This document shows, piece after piece, positions 1-8,177 of a DNA stretch of 25,378 nucleotides. The position numbers were made by a program, and so were the translations under genes. The stretch is from a virus (Duplodnaviria; Caudoviricetes), in IMG/VR virus record IMGVR_UViG_3300008255_000445, positions 1 to 25,378 of that record; one strand, 5' to 3'. The notes beneath the pieces are model-generated. The model had not been told where the DNA came from. It did no database searches and saw nothing but the letters and a program-made list of their open reading frames with translations. Within the stretch, counting starts at the first letter, position 1. Each line of letters starts with the position of its first letter.

Positions 1-45
1 GGCCGGGTGCAACCTTCCCCGAGCTATCTAAGAGGTAGATTCATT

Positions 46-648
46 GTGCAACTGGTCACCTCAAAAGAAATCGCGAAGGCCTTCGGTGTGACGAGGGGCC
101 ATATCACCAACCTAGTCAAGGCTGGGATGCCCGTGGCTCAGCGCGGAGGGAATGCCAAGGGCGGCAAAACCCCCGACCTCTTCGACCTCGAGATCTGCAA
201 GGCCTGGCGCGCTGCTCAAGCGGGCCTGTCCACAGCTGAGGATGAAACCAAGCTGGACCAGGCCGTCGGTCCAGCCAGCGAACAGGAGGAGAGCTACCGA
301 CCCTCCGACGAGCGAATCGCCCAGCTCTCCAAACTGAGCCTGGTCGAGCTCAAGCATCGCAAGCTCGCAACTGAGATCGCCAAAGAAGAAGAGCTCGCCC
401 GCGGCTACAAGATCAAAGCCGATCGCGAGCTCGGCCAACTTGTCTCGATCGAGGAGGTTCGAGGCTACGTCTCGAGGCTTTATGGTCTGGTCCGCGGCAG
501 GCTGGACGCACTGCCGGCCTCTGAGAACAATGCCCTGGCAGCCCTCACCGACCCCGACGAGGTTTATCAAAGACTGGAGAATTGGGTTCAGCAGGTCCGC
601 GCAGACTTGGCCGACGATCTGAGCGAGGTGCTCGTCGATGGCCATTAA
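46..648 (+). CDS. Terminase small subunit (Nu1-like)
   Basis: N-terminal winged-HTH 'VTSKEIAKAFGVTRGHITNLVKAGMP...FDLEICKAW', then coiled coil and 'GQLVSIEEV' typical of Nu1-type TerS. GTG at 46 is preceded by AGAGGT (31-36). Overlaps the TerL start. Confidence 0.85.
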   Translation: MQLVTSKEIAKAFGVTRGHITNLVKAGMPVAQRGGNAKGGKTPDLFDLEICKAWRAAQAGLSTAEDETKLDQAVGPASEQEESYRPSDERIAQLSKLSLVELKHRKLATEIAKEEELARGYKIKADRELGQLVSIEEVRGYVSRLYGLVRGRLDALPASENNALAALTDPDEVYQRLENWVQQVRADLADDLSEVLVDGH

Positions 649-2629
649 TCCCAAACTCCTCTCATCTCTCTCTGTCGCTCGCGAGATCATTTCACCCGCT
701 CGGGTTTCCGACGCTGCGGAGTGGGCCGAGAAGTATCGGATTCTCACCGAGTTTGAGAGCGCCATGCCGGGCCGCTGGAGCAATGCTGTCACTCCTTATG
801 CGGTGCAGCCCATGAAAGCCCTAAGCACGCCCGGCTGCACCGAAGTGACCTTGATGTGCTGCAGTCAGGCCAGCAAGTCGGAGGTCGTTCGCAATGCCCT
901 GGGCTTTTGGATTACTGCTGCGCCTGGCCCTTGCCTATGGGTGATGCCGTCCAAGGATGCGGCCGAGGAGGCCATCGACGAGCGCCTCGGCCCAATGATC
1001 AAAAATTCCATTCCATGGGCCTTGCCAGGCGGACGGTATGACATCAGCGCAAAAGGTATCAAGCTGACGTCGATGCGCATTTATCCCGCAACTCAGGGAT
1101 CTCCTCAGGCTCTGGCGACTCGGCCCTGTCGCTACGTAATTTGTGACGAGGTCGACAAATACGGAACGAACTCAGGCAAAGACGCAGATCCGCTATCGCT
1201 CGCAGGCGCCAGAATCAGGACCTATAAGAAGCGCGGGAAGTTTGTATGTGTTAGTACGCCGACCTTCAGTCACGGCCACATCTACAAGCGCTTTAAGGCG
1301 TGCGCCGACCAGCGGCACTACTTCATGCCGTGTTTGAAGTGCGGCGTGAGATGGCATGTGCGATGGGAGCACGTTGTCTGGCCGAAACGGCCTGAGGACA
1401 TTTCTCATCTCTCTTGGGGCGCTCAGATTGTCGCCGGCGGCCTCGCCCGGATTCGCTGCCCGGAGTGTAAGCACGAACACGAGGAGCGCGATCGCCGAGC
1501 CATGATTGCTCAAGGTGAATGGGTGTCGTCTCTAGGGCTGCCTGAAAACGTCTTCGGGCCCTCCGTGGCCTTCCAGTTCTCATCCCTTGTCAATCCGTGG
1601 GCCGACATCAACCTTTTGGCCGAGAAGTTCTTAAAGGTCAAAAACGATCCAGAGAAGCTCCAGGAATTCGTCAATCAGGAGATGGGCGAGATCTTCGAGG
1701 ACGAGCTCGACGCAGAGTCTCTAAAGCTCGACTACGCCACGGTCAAAAGAACTACCACGCCGCCGGCGCTAGCGCCCAACTGGACCGCGGCCATTCTGGC
1801 GACTGCCGACAGTCAGCGCGATCACTTCTGGTTTACGGTGCGCGCCTGGGGCTCCGATGATCGCTGTCGTCTTCTCGATCATGGCAAAGTCTTTAGCTTT
1901 GAGGACCTCAAGTCTCGAACTTTAAATTCGTGGTGGAACGTCGAGGGCTTTGAGGCTGTTGGCGGGTTCCGTTTGCAGACCGATCGCCTCATGATTGACT
2001 CTGGCGGTGGCCTAGCCGGCGGGAACAAGGACGCTTCGTCAATCACCGATAGGGTCTATAAATTCGCAGAATCAGACCCCAAGAGAATCCTTCCTTCCAA
2101 GGGCTATCCGAGCGCAAAGCGCATGGCCCAGCCAATTATGGAGAGGGAGATCGTCGCAAACTCGAAGCGATCGAAATACTTCAAGCGAGTGCTTCTCCGA
2201 TTAATTGACACTCAACATTACAAGGATCTTCTTTTCGTAAAACTCTGGCAGACCTCGGAGTGGGAAGAGAACTCGACCATTGATGAGGACTACGGCAAAC
2301 AGATGACGGCTGAGCGCAAGGTCTTCACGAAGACCAAGCAAGGTCTCGTGAAGATGTGGCGCACAACCAGCCACGGCGCCGCCAACCACTACTGGGATTG
2401 CGCGGTTCTCCAGATGGCTCTCAAGGACCATCTCAAAGTCCACAACGCTCCGCCCGTTGAAGTCCTTCAGGAGCACCGACTCAATCTCTGTCGGCAGCGG
2501 AATGCCCAGGGAATCAAACTTGATCAGACTCCCCGTGGCGCTCCCGCCACGCGTCCCCAGGCGCCAATGCCTCGGCCTCAACAAACCCTCCAGAGAAACG
2601 GCCAAGACTTTCTAGCGGCCTACAGGTGA
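638..2629 (+). CDS. Terminase large subunit, lambda GpA family
   Basis: 'PGRW...TPY' N-terminal motif, Walker A region CCSQASKSE, Walker B YVICDEVD, 'VSTPT' coupling motif, CxxC...CxxC zinc motif, 'FVNQEMGE', nuclease Asp in 'ATADSQ', 'MIDSGG', C-terminal 'NHYWDC'. Confidence 0.95.
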   Translation: MAINPKLLSSLSVAREIISPARVSDAAEWAEKYRILTEFESAMPGRWSNAVTPYAVQPMKALSTPGCTEVTLMCCSQASKSEVVRNALGFWITAAPGPCLWVMPSKDAAEEAIDERLGPMIKNSIPWALPGGRYDISAKGIKLTSMRIYPATQGSPQALATRPCRYVICDEVDKYGTNSGKDADPLSLAGARIRTYKKRGKFVCVSTPTFSHGHIYKRFKACADQRHYFMPCLKCGVRWHVRWEHVVWPKRPEDISHLSWGAQIVAGGLARIRCPECKHEHEERDRRAMIAQGEWVSSLGLPENVFGPSVAFQFSSLVNPWADINLLAEKFLKVKNDPEKLQEFVNQEMGEIFEDELDAESLKLDYATVKRTTTPPALAPNWTAAILATADSQRDHFWFTVRAWGSDDRCRLLDHGKVFSFEDLKSRTLNSWWNVEGFEAVGGFRLQTDRLMIDSGGGLAGGNKDASSITDRVYKFAESDPKRILPSKGYPSAKRMAQPIMEREIVANSKRSKYFKRVLLRLIDTQHYKDLLFVKLWQTSEWEENSTIDEDYGKQMTAERKVFTKTKQGLVKMWRTTSHGAANHYWDCAVLQMALKDHLKVHNAPPVEVLQEHRLNLCRQRNAQGIKLDQTPRGAPATRPQAPMPRPQQTLQRNGQDFLAAYR

Positions 2630-2632
2630 TCC

Positions 2633-2890
2633 ATGCCCACCGAGATTGATTCGCTCACTCCCGTTTTGCTCGAAGTCCCGCTGGCTCCGGAGACCGCGGG
2701 CTTCATGGCTCACCGGATTAGCGGAATTCGCCTCACGCCTGGCGCGGGAAAAACGCTCAAGAGGCTTTATGAGGCCGTGAGTGGCACGGCGACAGGATCA
2801 GAGCCGCTCACGATTTCAGACGGCTCCCCAGTCAAATCTCTGGAAGCCACGCTTTGCTGGCTCCTCGAGAGAATCGAGAAAAGCGAATGA
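2633..2890 (+). CDS. Hypothetical protein (85 aa) between TerL and the head adaptor
   Basis: Fills the gap exactly, AGGTG RBS, ATGA overlap with the next gene. Function unknown. Confidence 0.7.
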   Translation: MPTEIDSLTPVLLEVPLAPETAGFMAHRISGIRLTPGAGKTLKRLYEAVSGTATGSEPLTISDGSPVKSLEATLCWLLERIEKSE

Positions 2891-3201
2891 CTCTCTCATC
2901 ATCTCAGGCTGAAGCGGCGCTAGCGGCAGCTGAGGCAGCGTACAGCGAAAACGCTGATTACGACACCTACCCGAACTCTGCGGGAGTGACCAAGGCCAAG
3001 GCCTTCATTGCGGCCGCTCGCCGCATCATTCAGCTCCAACCGCAGACCGCTCAGAAGGGCCCCAATGCTGTTTCTTACAGAGTTGACCTTCTCCCCGAAG
3101 AGATCAAAACAGCGCGCTCTTTTGTCCTCGCCTACAGCCCATCGGATCGGCCTGGTAATCGAGTCACCTACGCAGACTTCTCGGATTTCCGGAGAGCTTG
3201 A
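2887..3201 (+). CDS. Head-tail adaptor / head completion protein (gpW position)
   Basis: 104-aa helical protein immediately upstream of the portal, as gpW is in lambda. ATG at 2887 overlaps the previous TGA. Function is positional inference. Confidence 0.6.
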   Translation: MTLSSSQAEAALAAAEAAYSENADYDTYPNSAGVTKAKAFIAAARRIIQLQPQTAQKGPNAVSYRVDLLPEEIKTARSFVLAYSPSDRPGNRVTYADFSDFRRA

Positions 3202-4742
3202 TGATCAGGAGTGATGCGGGAGATATGACGAAGATTAGGGCTGGCTATCGGGCCGCCCAGCAATCTCGTTTTTCCGCGCTCCGCACCGGGCTCGGAGGCA
3301 CCGGCGATGCTCACGTCGCCGGTGGTCTCGACTACGGCCGAGTCCGCGAAATCAGCCGCGACATGATCCGCAACGACATGGTAATCGGCCAAATGCTCGA
3401 GCGAGCCACGGACAACATCGCCAAGCAGGCGATGCCCATTCCGGCGACCGGCAACCCAGACATTAACGCTGTGATCTCGCAGGAGTGGTCTGATTGGGCG
3501 AAGAATCCAGCGCTCTGCGACACAACAAAAATGCACACATTTCAGGATCAATGCTGGGCAGTCATTCATCACTTGCTGATGGACGGCGATGTTTTCGCGC
3601 TCCCGACGATTGAAGATGATATCCCTAAAATCCAGTTGAACGAAGGCGACTGGGTTACCAGTCCGCTTGGCGGAGTGCGCGGCGACGGCATCATTCATGG
3701 CGTTGAGATAAACGACCTCGGGCGACCTCTGCGCTATTGGTTTAGTCCGCCGACGCTATTGCAATATGAAAGCGTGGGAATCAGAACATCTGGCTACGGC
3801 TCTCACACGCCGAGGGCGGCATTTGACTCTGACGGCAACCCGCTCGTTTTCCACATTCGTCCGAAACCAAAACGCATCTCGATGCACAGGGGAATGCCAG
3901 CGCTTACACCAGTCGTCGAGCTCGCTGGGCAATTCGACGATTTAAACTTCGCAAAGATCCTGCAGCAGCAGCTGAGCGCGTGCATCGGCACCTTTATCGA
4001 GCGGACCATGGCCAATGAGTCTGATACGGAACTGGGGCCACAGGAGACCGTTACCTACGGAACCTCAACGAGGGTCTATGAAAAACTAAGCCCGGGAGCC
4101 GTCGTAAAGGGTGCTCCCGGCGAAAAACTGCACATGATTGGTGGTTCGGCGGCAACCAGTGATTTCATGGGCCACATGCGGATGCTCCTGCGAATGATCG
4201 GCGCCAACGTCGGCATGCCTCTTTGCTTGGCGCTTCTCGATGCCAGTGAAACCAATTTTCACGGCTACCGCGGAGAAATTACAGAAGCGCGCGAGGGCTT
4301 CAAGGCTCTTCAGGCGCGGCTTGAAAACTACTTCTGCGCACCGACCTATCGTTTCTTTGTGCGCTGGTTGGCCTTCCAGCGCGGCTGGAGACTGCTTGAT
4401 TCCGACCTGGTTCGTCACAGGTGGTCCTTCACGGGATGGTCTTACATCAAGCCACTGGAAGACGCCCAGGCCGACGCATACCAAATTGAAAATCTTCTCG
4501 GCAGTCCGCGCGACATTTTGGCGGAACGAGGATTGTCCTGGGAGGACACAGTAAGAGAGACCGTCGAAGATCAGGCCAGCGCAATCCGTCAGGCAATTCT
4601 CATGGCTCAAAAAATATCTAAAGAGACCGGCGAGGATATTTCTTGGCGCGATGTCCTGAACCGCAAGGTTCCGCAGGGCACGACATTTAACACCACGAAG
4701 TCAACGTCGGAAATTGTGCAGCCGGAGGATTCTGGAAAATGA
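3198..4742 (+). CDS. Portal protein, lambda gpB family
   Basis: 'YRAA', 'REISRDMIRND', 'DGDVF', 'IIHGVEINDLGRPLRYW', 'RGMP', 'NFHGYR', 'YIKPLEDAQA' match lambda-type portal motifs. 514 aa. True start may be ATG 3201 or 3225. Confidence 0.93.
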   Translation: MMIRSDAGDMTKIRAGYRAAQQSRFSALRTGLGGTGDAHVAGGLDYGRVREISRDMIRNDMVIGQMLERATDNIAKQAMPIPATGNPDINAVISQEWSDWAKNPALCDTTKMHTFQDQCWAVIHHLLMDGDVFALPTIEDDIPKIQLNEGDWVTSPLGGVRGDGIIHGVEINDLGRPLRYWFSPPTLLQYESVGIRTSGYGSHTPRAAFDSDGNPLVFHIRPKPKRISMHRGMPALTPVVELAGQFDDLNFAKILQQQLSACIGTFIERTMANESDTELGPQETVTYGTSTRVYEKLSPGAVVKGAPGEKLHMIGGSAATSDFMGHMRMLLRMIGANVGMPLCLALLDASETNFHGYRGEITEAREGFKALQARLENYFCAPTYRFFVRWLAFQRGWRLLDSDLVRHRWSFTGWSYIKPLEDAQADAYQIENLLGSPRDILAERGLSWEDTVRETVEDQASAIRQAILMAQKISKETGEDISWRDVLNRKVPQGTTFNTTKSTSEIVQPEDSGK

Positions 4743-5671
4743 AAACCGAGCGAATTGAGATTATTGGCCAGATTAGGGCGGAGGCGTCGATCGTCAGAGA
4801 AGACGAAGCGCCTGCCGATGGAAAGAAGGCCAAGCGCTGGCTCAATATCGATGCTTACTCCGGCGACAAGATGGATCTCAGCGGTTGGTCCTATCCAGTT
4901 GTTCTGGATTTGGGACGCATTGATTTGGGGCGCGGCCGCCATCCCATACTTTTCGAGCATGACCGCCATCGAATTGTCGGTTATTGCGTTGAGATTGAAA
5001 ACAACGGCCGCGAATTAAAAATGCGTGCCGCATGTGTAAACACGCCCGATTCCAAGACTGTTCTGGAGTTAGCCGATGACGACTACCCATGGCAGGCCTC
5101 CGTTGGTGCCGACCCCATGGATGTTCAATTCGTCGATGATGGAATGTCCATCATGATCAACGGACGTTCCATCGACGGCCCCTTCTACAACGTCGCAGCA
5201 CGACTGAGAGAGACATCGGTGCTCACTCTCGGAGCGGACTGCAAAACCGAAGTGCTGGCGGCTACCCGGGCGACGCCCGAAACCCCGGCTCGAGAGGAGA
5301 GAAAGATGTCCAATCCTGATGCCGAGGCAATCAAAGCCGAGTTCGCGGACGATCCCGGCTACGCCCTCGATGCAATCATTTCTGGCAAGACGCTTGTCGA
5401 GGCCCAGGCGGGCTATCTAGCCAAAATGCGAGAGAAGCTTGTCGAGGCCTCGAAGCCGCTAGCAAAAGCCCCCGACGCCGCAGCGCCTGTCCGCGCAGAA
5501 GCTTCCGATCGGATTCCCCCACCAGCCCAAAAGCCCATGGTCGAGTTTCGGAAGCTCGTCGCCAGCTTCGAGGCCAAGGGACTGAGCCGCGACGACGCTT
5601 TGAGCGCGGCCGCCACCGCCAACAAAGACCTCCACCAGTCAGTGATCAAAGCGGCCAATGTCAGCGGCTGA
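4739..5671 (+). CDS. Prohead maturation protease fused to C-terminal scaffold
   Basis: 'AYSG', 'PILFEHD' (His), 'YPWQASVGA' (Ser), 'LRETSVLTLGAD' are typical of caudoviral prohead serine proteases. The C-terminal third is Ala/charge-rich and helical. Confidence 0.85.
   Translation: MKTERIEIIGQIRAEASIVREDEAPADGKKAKRWLNIDAYSGDKMDLSGWSYPVVLDLGRIDLGRGRHPILFEHDRHRIVGYCVEIENNGRELKMRAACVNTPDSKTVLELADDDYPWQASVGADPMDVQFVDDGMSIMINGRSIDGPFYNVAARLRETSVLTLGADCKTEVLAATRATPETPAREERKMSNPDAEAIKAEFADDPGYALDAIISGKTLVEAQAGYLAKMREKLVEASKPLAKAPDAAAPVRAEASDRIPPPAQKPMVEFRKLVASFEAKGLSRDDALSAAATANKDLHQSVIKAANVSG
5306..5671 (+). CDS. Nested in-frame scaffold protein (Nu3-like internal start)
   Basis: GAGGAG at 5294-5299, 6 nt before an in-frame ATG at 5306, at the protease/scaffold boundary. 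Confidence 0.6.
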   Translation: MSNPDAEAIKAEFADDPGYALDAIISGKTLVEAQAGYLAKMREKLVEASKPLAKAPDAAAPVRAEASDRIPPPAQKPMVEFRKLVASFEAKGLSRDDALSAAATANKDLHQSVIKAANVSG

Positions 5672-5685
5672 TATTGGCTGACATT
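5654..5685 (+). promoter_or_regulatory. Hairpin with two alternative 3' arms at the end of the protease/scaffold gene
   Basis: gccaatgtcagc (5654-5665) can pair with gctgatattggc (5667-5678), or its aatgtcagc part with gctgacatt (5677-5685). A pyrimidine/AT-rich spacer follows. Confidence 0.35.
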
Positions 5686-5737
5686 CATTCTTTCGTTCAA
5701 AGCTCAATTGAAAAACTCAAAGTAAAAGGTGGAAACC

Positions 5738-6793
5738 ATGGCAGTCTCAGCAAGCTTCAATGACGGTGGGTATAAGACCTTCCGCGCCGGCGAGGATCTC
5801 TTAACCAACCTCCTCGTTAAACTCAACTCTGATGGTGAGGTCATTCTTGCCGGGCCTGGCGACAATCCCATCGGCGTCGTGAAGGCGCTCGGTGCGGGCT
5901 ACGGCGCATCTGGAACCCCGGTAACGGTCGCCCTGATGAACAAGCAGGGCTCAGTCGTCGTCATCGCCTCGGCGGCCATTGCCCTGGGCTCGAAGGTCTA
6001 CCCGACGGCGGCCGGCAAGGTGAGCTCATCAAGCACGGGTCGCGCTGTCGGCATCGCCCTTCAGGCCGCGACGACCCCGGGCGACGAGATCGAAATTCTT
6101 CTGCTTGAAAGCCTGGCGGCTGCCGACTTGGTCAACGCTTTCACGCTCTTCGACGATTTCTTCTACTTCACCACGACCGAGCGTTTCACCAGTGTGCTCA
6201 CCGATTCTGGCACCGCTACGGTGAGCGACGGCGCTGGCGGACTGCTTGACCTAGTGCCGAGCGATGGCACCGTAGCGGACAACGACGAGGCCTATATCAA
6301 GAGCACGGCCGAAATCTTCCTGATCGCCAACGGGAAGCCGCTGTACTTTGCTTCAAAGGTGGGCTGGACCGAGGCCAACACCGACGATGCCAATGTGCTC
6401 CTCGGCTTTATGAGCGCCATCGCCGCGAACGCCATCCAGGACAACGGAGCTGGCCCGCAGGCCAACTTCAGCGGCGCCGTCTTTTACAAGGTCGATGGCG
6501 GAACGACCTGGCGGGCGATGGTCAGCATCGGCACGACCCAGACCGAAGTCACGCTGTCGGACATCCCGGCGGCGCCAGGCGCGGGAAACCCTCAAAAACT
6601 TGAAATCGTCATCATCCCGACGAGCTCGACGGCCGCCACGGCCAGTTTCTACATCGACAGCGTTCTCGTTGGTTCGCAGTCATTCACCTACACCGGCGCC
6701 ACGGAAATGAACGCTGGCGCCGGCGTCAAGAACGGCTCAGCGAACAACGAGTCGCTGGAGATTGACTACATCCTGTCGTCTCAGGTCCGCTGA
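5738..6793 (+). CDS. Capsid cement/decoration protein (DUF2190-like N-domain) fused to a ConA-like beta-sandwich domain
   Basis: First ~122 aa 'KTFRAGEDL...VKL...IGVV...ASAAIALGSKVY...GKV...VGIALQAATTPGDEIEILL' follow the cement pattern. The remainder runs 'LFDDF...FYID...LEIDYI', a lectin/glucanase-like pattern. Lies in the lambda D position. ATG 5738 follows AAAGGTGG. Confidence 0.75.
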   Translation: MAVSASFNDGGYKTFRAGEDLLTNLLVKLNSDGEVILAGPGDNPIGVVKALGAGYGASGTPVTVALMNKQGSVVVIASAAIALGSKVYPTAAGKVSSSSTGRAVGIALQAATTPGDEIEILLLESLAAADLVNAFTLFDDFFYFTTTERFTSVLTDSGTATVSDGAGGLLDLVPSDGTVADNDEAYIKSTAEIFLIANGKPLYFASKVGWTEANTDDANVLLGFMSAIAANAIQDNGAGPQANFSGAVFYKVDGGTTWRAMVSIGTTQTEVTLSDIPAAPGAGNPQKLEIVIIPTSSTAATASFYIDSVLVGSQSFTYTGATEMNAGAGVKNGSANNESLEIDYILSSQVR

Positions 6794-6827
6794 TTCAATG
6801 ATTCACTGATTCTGCGTTGGAAGGGCT

Positions 6828-6852
6828 GGGGCCGGACGTCCGGCCCCTTTCT
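6828..6852 (+). terminator. GC-rich hairpin with short U tract (weak intrinsic terminator or stabilising hairpin)
   Basis: Perfect 20-nt palindrome ggggccggacgtccggcccc (6828-6847) followed by tttct. Confidence 0.55.
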
Positions 6853-6882
6853 GAAAAAGACGACTTATAAGAGGAGAAAACA

Positions 6883-7848
6883 ATGACTGTTTCTGTCAGC
6901 ACCAACGCCTTCCAACGCCCCGACCTTGCGATGGCGTTCGAAGGCCTTTCGTTGGACCGGGAGGCCCAGCGCTTCAAAGCGCTGGAGATCTTCCCGATCC
7001 TGCCAACCAAAGTTGCGGCCGCCAACTTCTCGAGTATTGCGCCGGAAGAGATGCAGGTCGATTCCGATACTCTGCGCAACCCCGACGGCTCCTACCAGGA
7101 GGCCGACTCGAAAGTCGGGCAGGACAGCTTTCTCTGCGAGGAGCACGGCTTTGAGGAGCGCGTCGACGACGCAAACAAGCGAATCTTTGCATACAGCTTC
7201 GACGCCGAGATGATCGCGACCAAGCGCACGCGCAACAAGCTCTATCGCAGGTTGGAGATTGACCTCGCGGCCGTGCTCTTCAACACAAACATCTGGACTG
7301 GAGCGGCTCTCACGACCAACGTCAGCGTCAAGTGGAATGTCCCTGCGACAAGCACTCCGGTTGACGACGTCCTTGCGGCCCAGCAGAAAATCGCCGCGAG
7401 CTGCGGCGACGAGCCCAACGTGGTCATTATGAGCAAAGACCTTTTTCTCGACCTCCAGACCAACGCGCAGATTAAGAGCCAGGTCGTCTACAACGGCAGC
7501 GACGATCCGAAGAAGGTGACGGAGCAGCAGCTCGCCGCGCTCTTCCACGTCGAAAAGGTCATCGTCTGCAGCGCGACCCGAAACACCGTCAACAAGGCTC
7601 AGGGCTATTCTGGCGGGCGCATCTGGCCGTCGACGATGTGCATGGTCGCCAAGCTGGCGACGACGAAAGACCTAGCCGAACCCTGCATCGGACGGACCTT
7701 TCATTTCATCGAGGACGGTGCTGGCGATGTGATCGTCGAAACCTACCGCGATGAGAGGCGCCGCTCGGACATGGTCCGCGCTCGCATCAACTACCACCAG
7801 AAACGTTTGCTCGTCGGCGCTGGTCACCTGCTCACCAACACCAACTGA
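6883..7848 (+). CDS. Major capsid protein (lambda gpE-like, HK97 fold)
   Basis: 321 aa, strong RBS GAGGAG, follows protease and decoration genes. 'IFPILP', 'KWN...PVDDV', 'EPNVVIMS', 'VETYRDERRRSDMVRAR' resemble gpE-like capsids. Confidence 0.88.
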   Translation: MTVSVSTNAFQRPDLAMAFEGLSLDREAQRFKALEIFPILPTKVAAANFSSIAPEEMQVDSDTLRNPDGSYQEADSKVGQDSFLCEEHGFEERVDDANKRIFAYSFDAEMIATKRTRNKLYRRLEIDLAAVLFNTNIWTGAALTTNVSVKWNVPATSTPVDDVLAAQQKIAASCGDEPNVVIMSKDLFLDLQTNAQIKSQVVYNGSDDPKKVTEQQLAALFHVEKVIVCSATRNTVNKAQGYSGGRIWPSTMCMVAKLATTKDLAEPCIGRTFHFIEDGAGDVIVETYRDERRRSDMVRARINYHQKRLLVGAGHLLTNTN

Positions 7849-7862
7849 GCGCAGGGGGGATC

Positions 7863-8165
7863 GTGGCGATCTTTGACCGATCCTTCATTCGCGGGTATGG
7901 GAAGCTCGAGACCGTCATGGGTGTCGAGGCTTCCTACGCCACTCCGTCTCGATCGACCAATACGACCATTACAATTCTTTACAACGAAATGGTCGGCGCT
8001 CTCGATGGCTTTCAAAACGCTCTGTTTCACGTGCGATCGACGGTCACAATTGAGCGCGGCGGAAAATTGACTTACGCAGGCAATTCTTGGGATGTCGTTG
8101 ATGTCCGCGACTCAGAGGACGGAACAGCGGAAATTCGCTGTATTCGACCCGACACAACCGCTTAA
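7863..8165 (+). CDS. Head-tail joining / head closure protein (gpFII-like)
   Basis: 100-aa beta-rich protein after the MCP. 'ERGGKLTYAGNSWDVVDVRDSEDG' fits the FII/SPP1 gp16-like pattern. Confidence 0.7.
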   Translation: MAIFDRSFIRGYGKLETVMGVEASYATPSRSTNTTITILYNEMVGALDGFQNALFHVRSTVTIERGGKLTYAGNSWDVVDVRDSEDGTAEIRCIRPDTTA

Positions 8166-8177
8166 AAAGGAGCAGGA

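Noticed and set aside
1-45. cos site upstream of terS
   Set aside because: The position fits, but only 45 nt are visible and no cosN symmetry or R repeats can be demonstrated.
6865-7548. 227-aa antisense ORF over the capsid gene, and similar ones at 112-792, 4086-4610 and 17359-17853
   Set aside because: Shadow ORFs arising from GC-rich codon bias on the coding strand; no motifs or RBS support.
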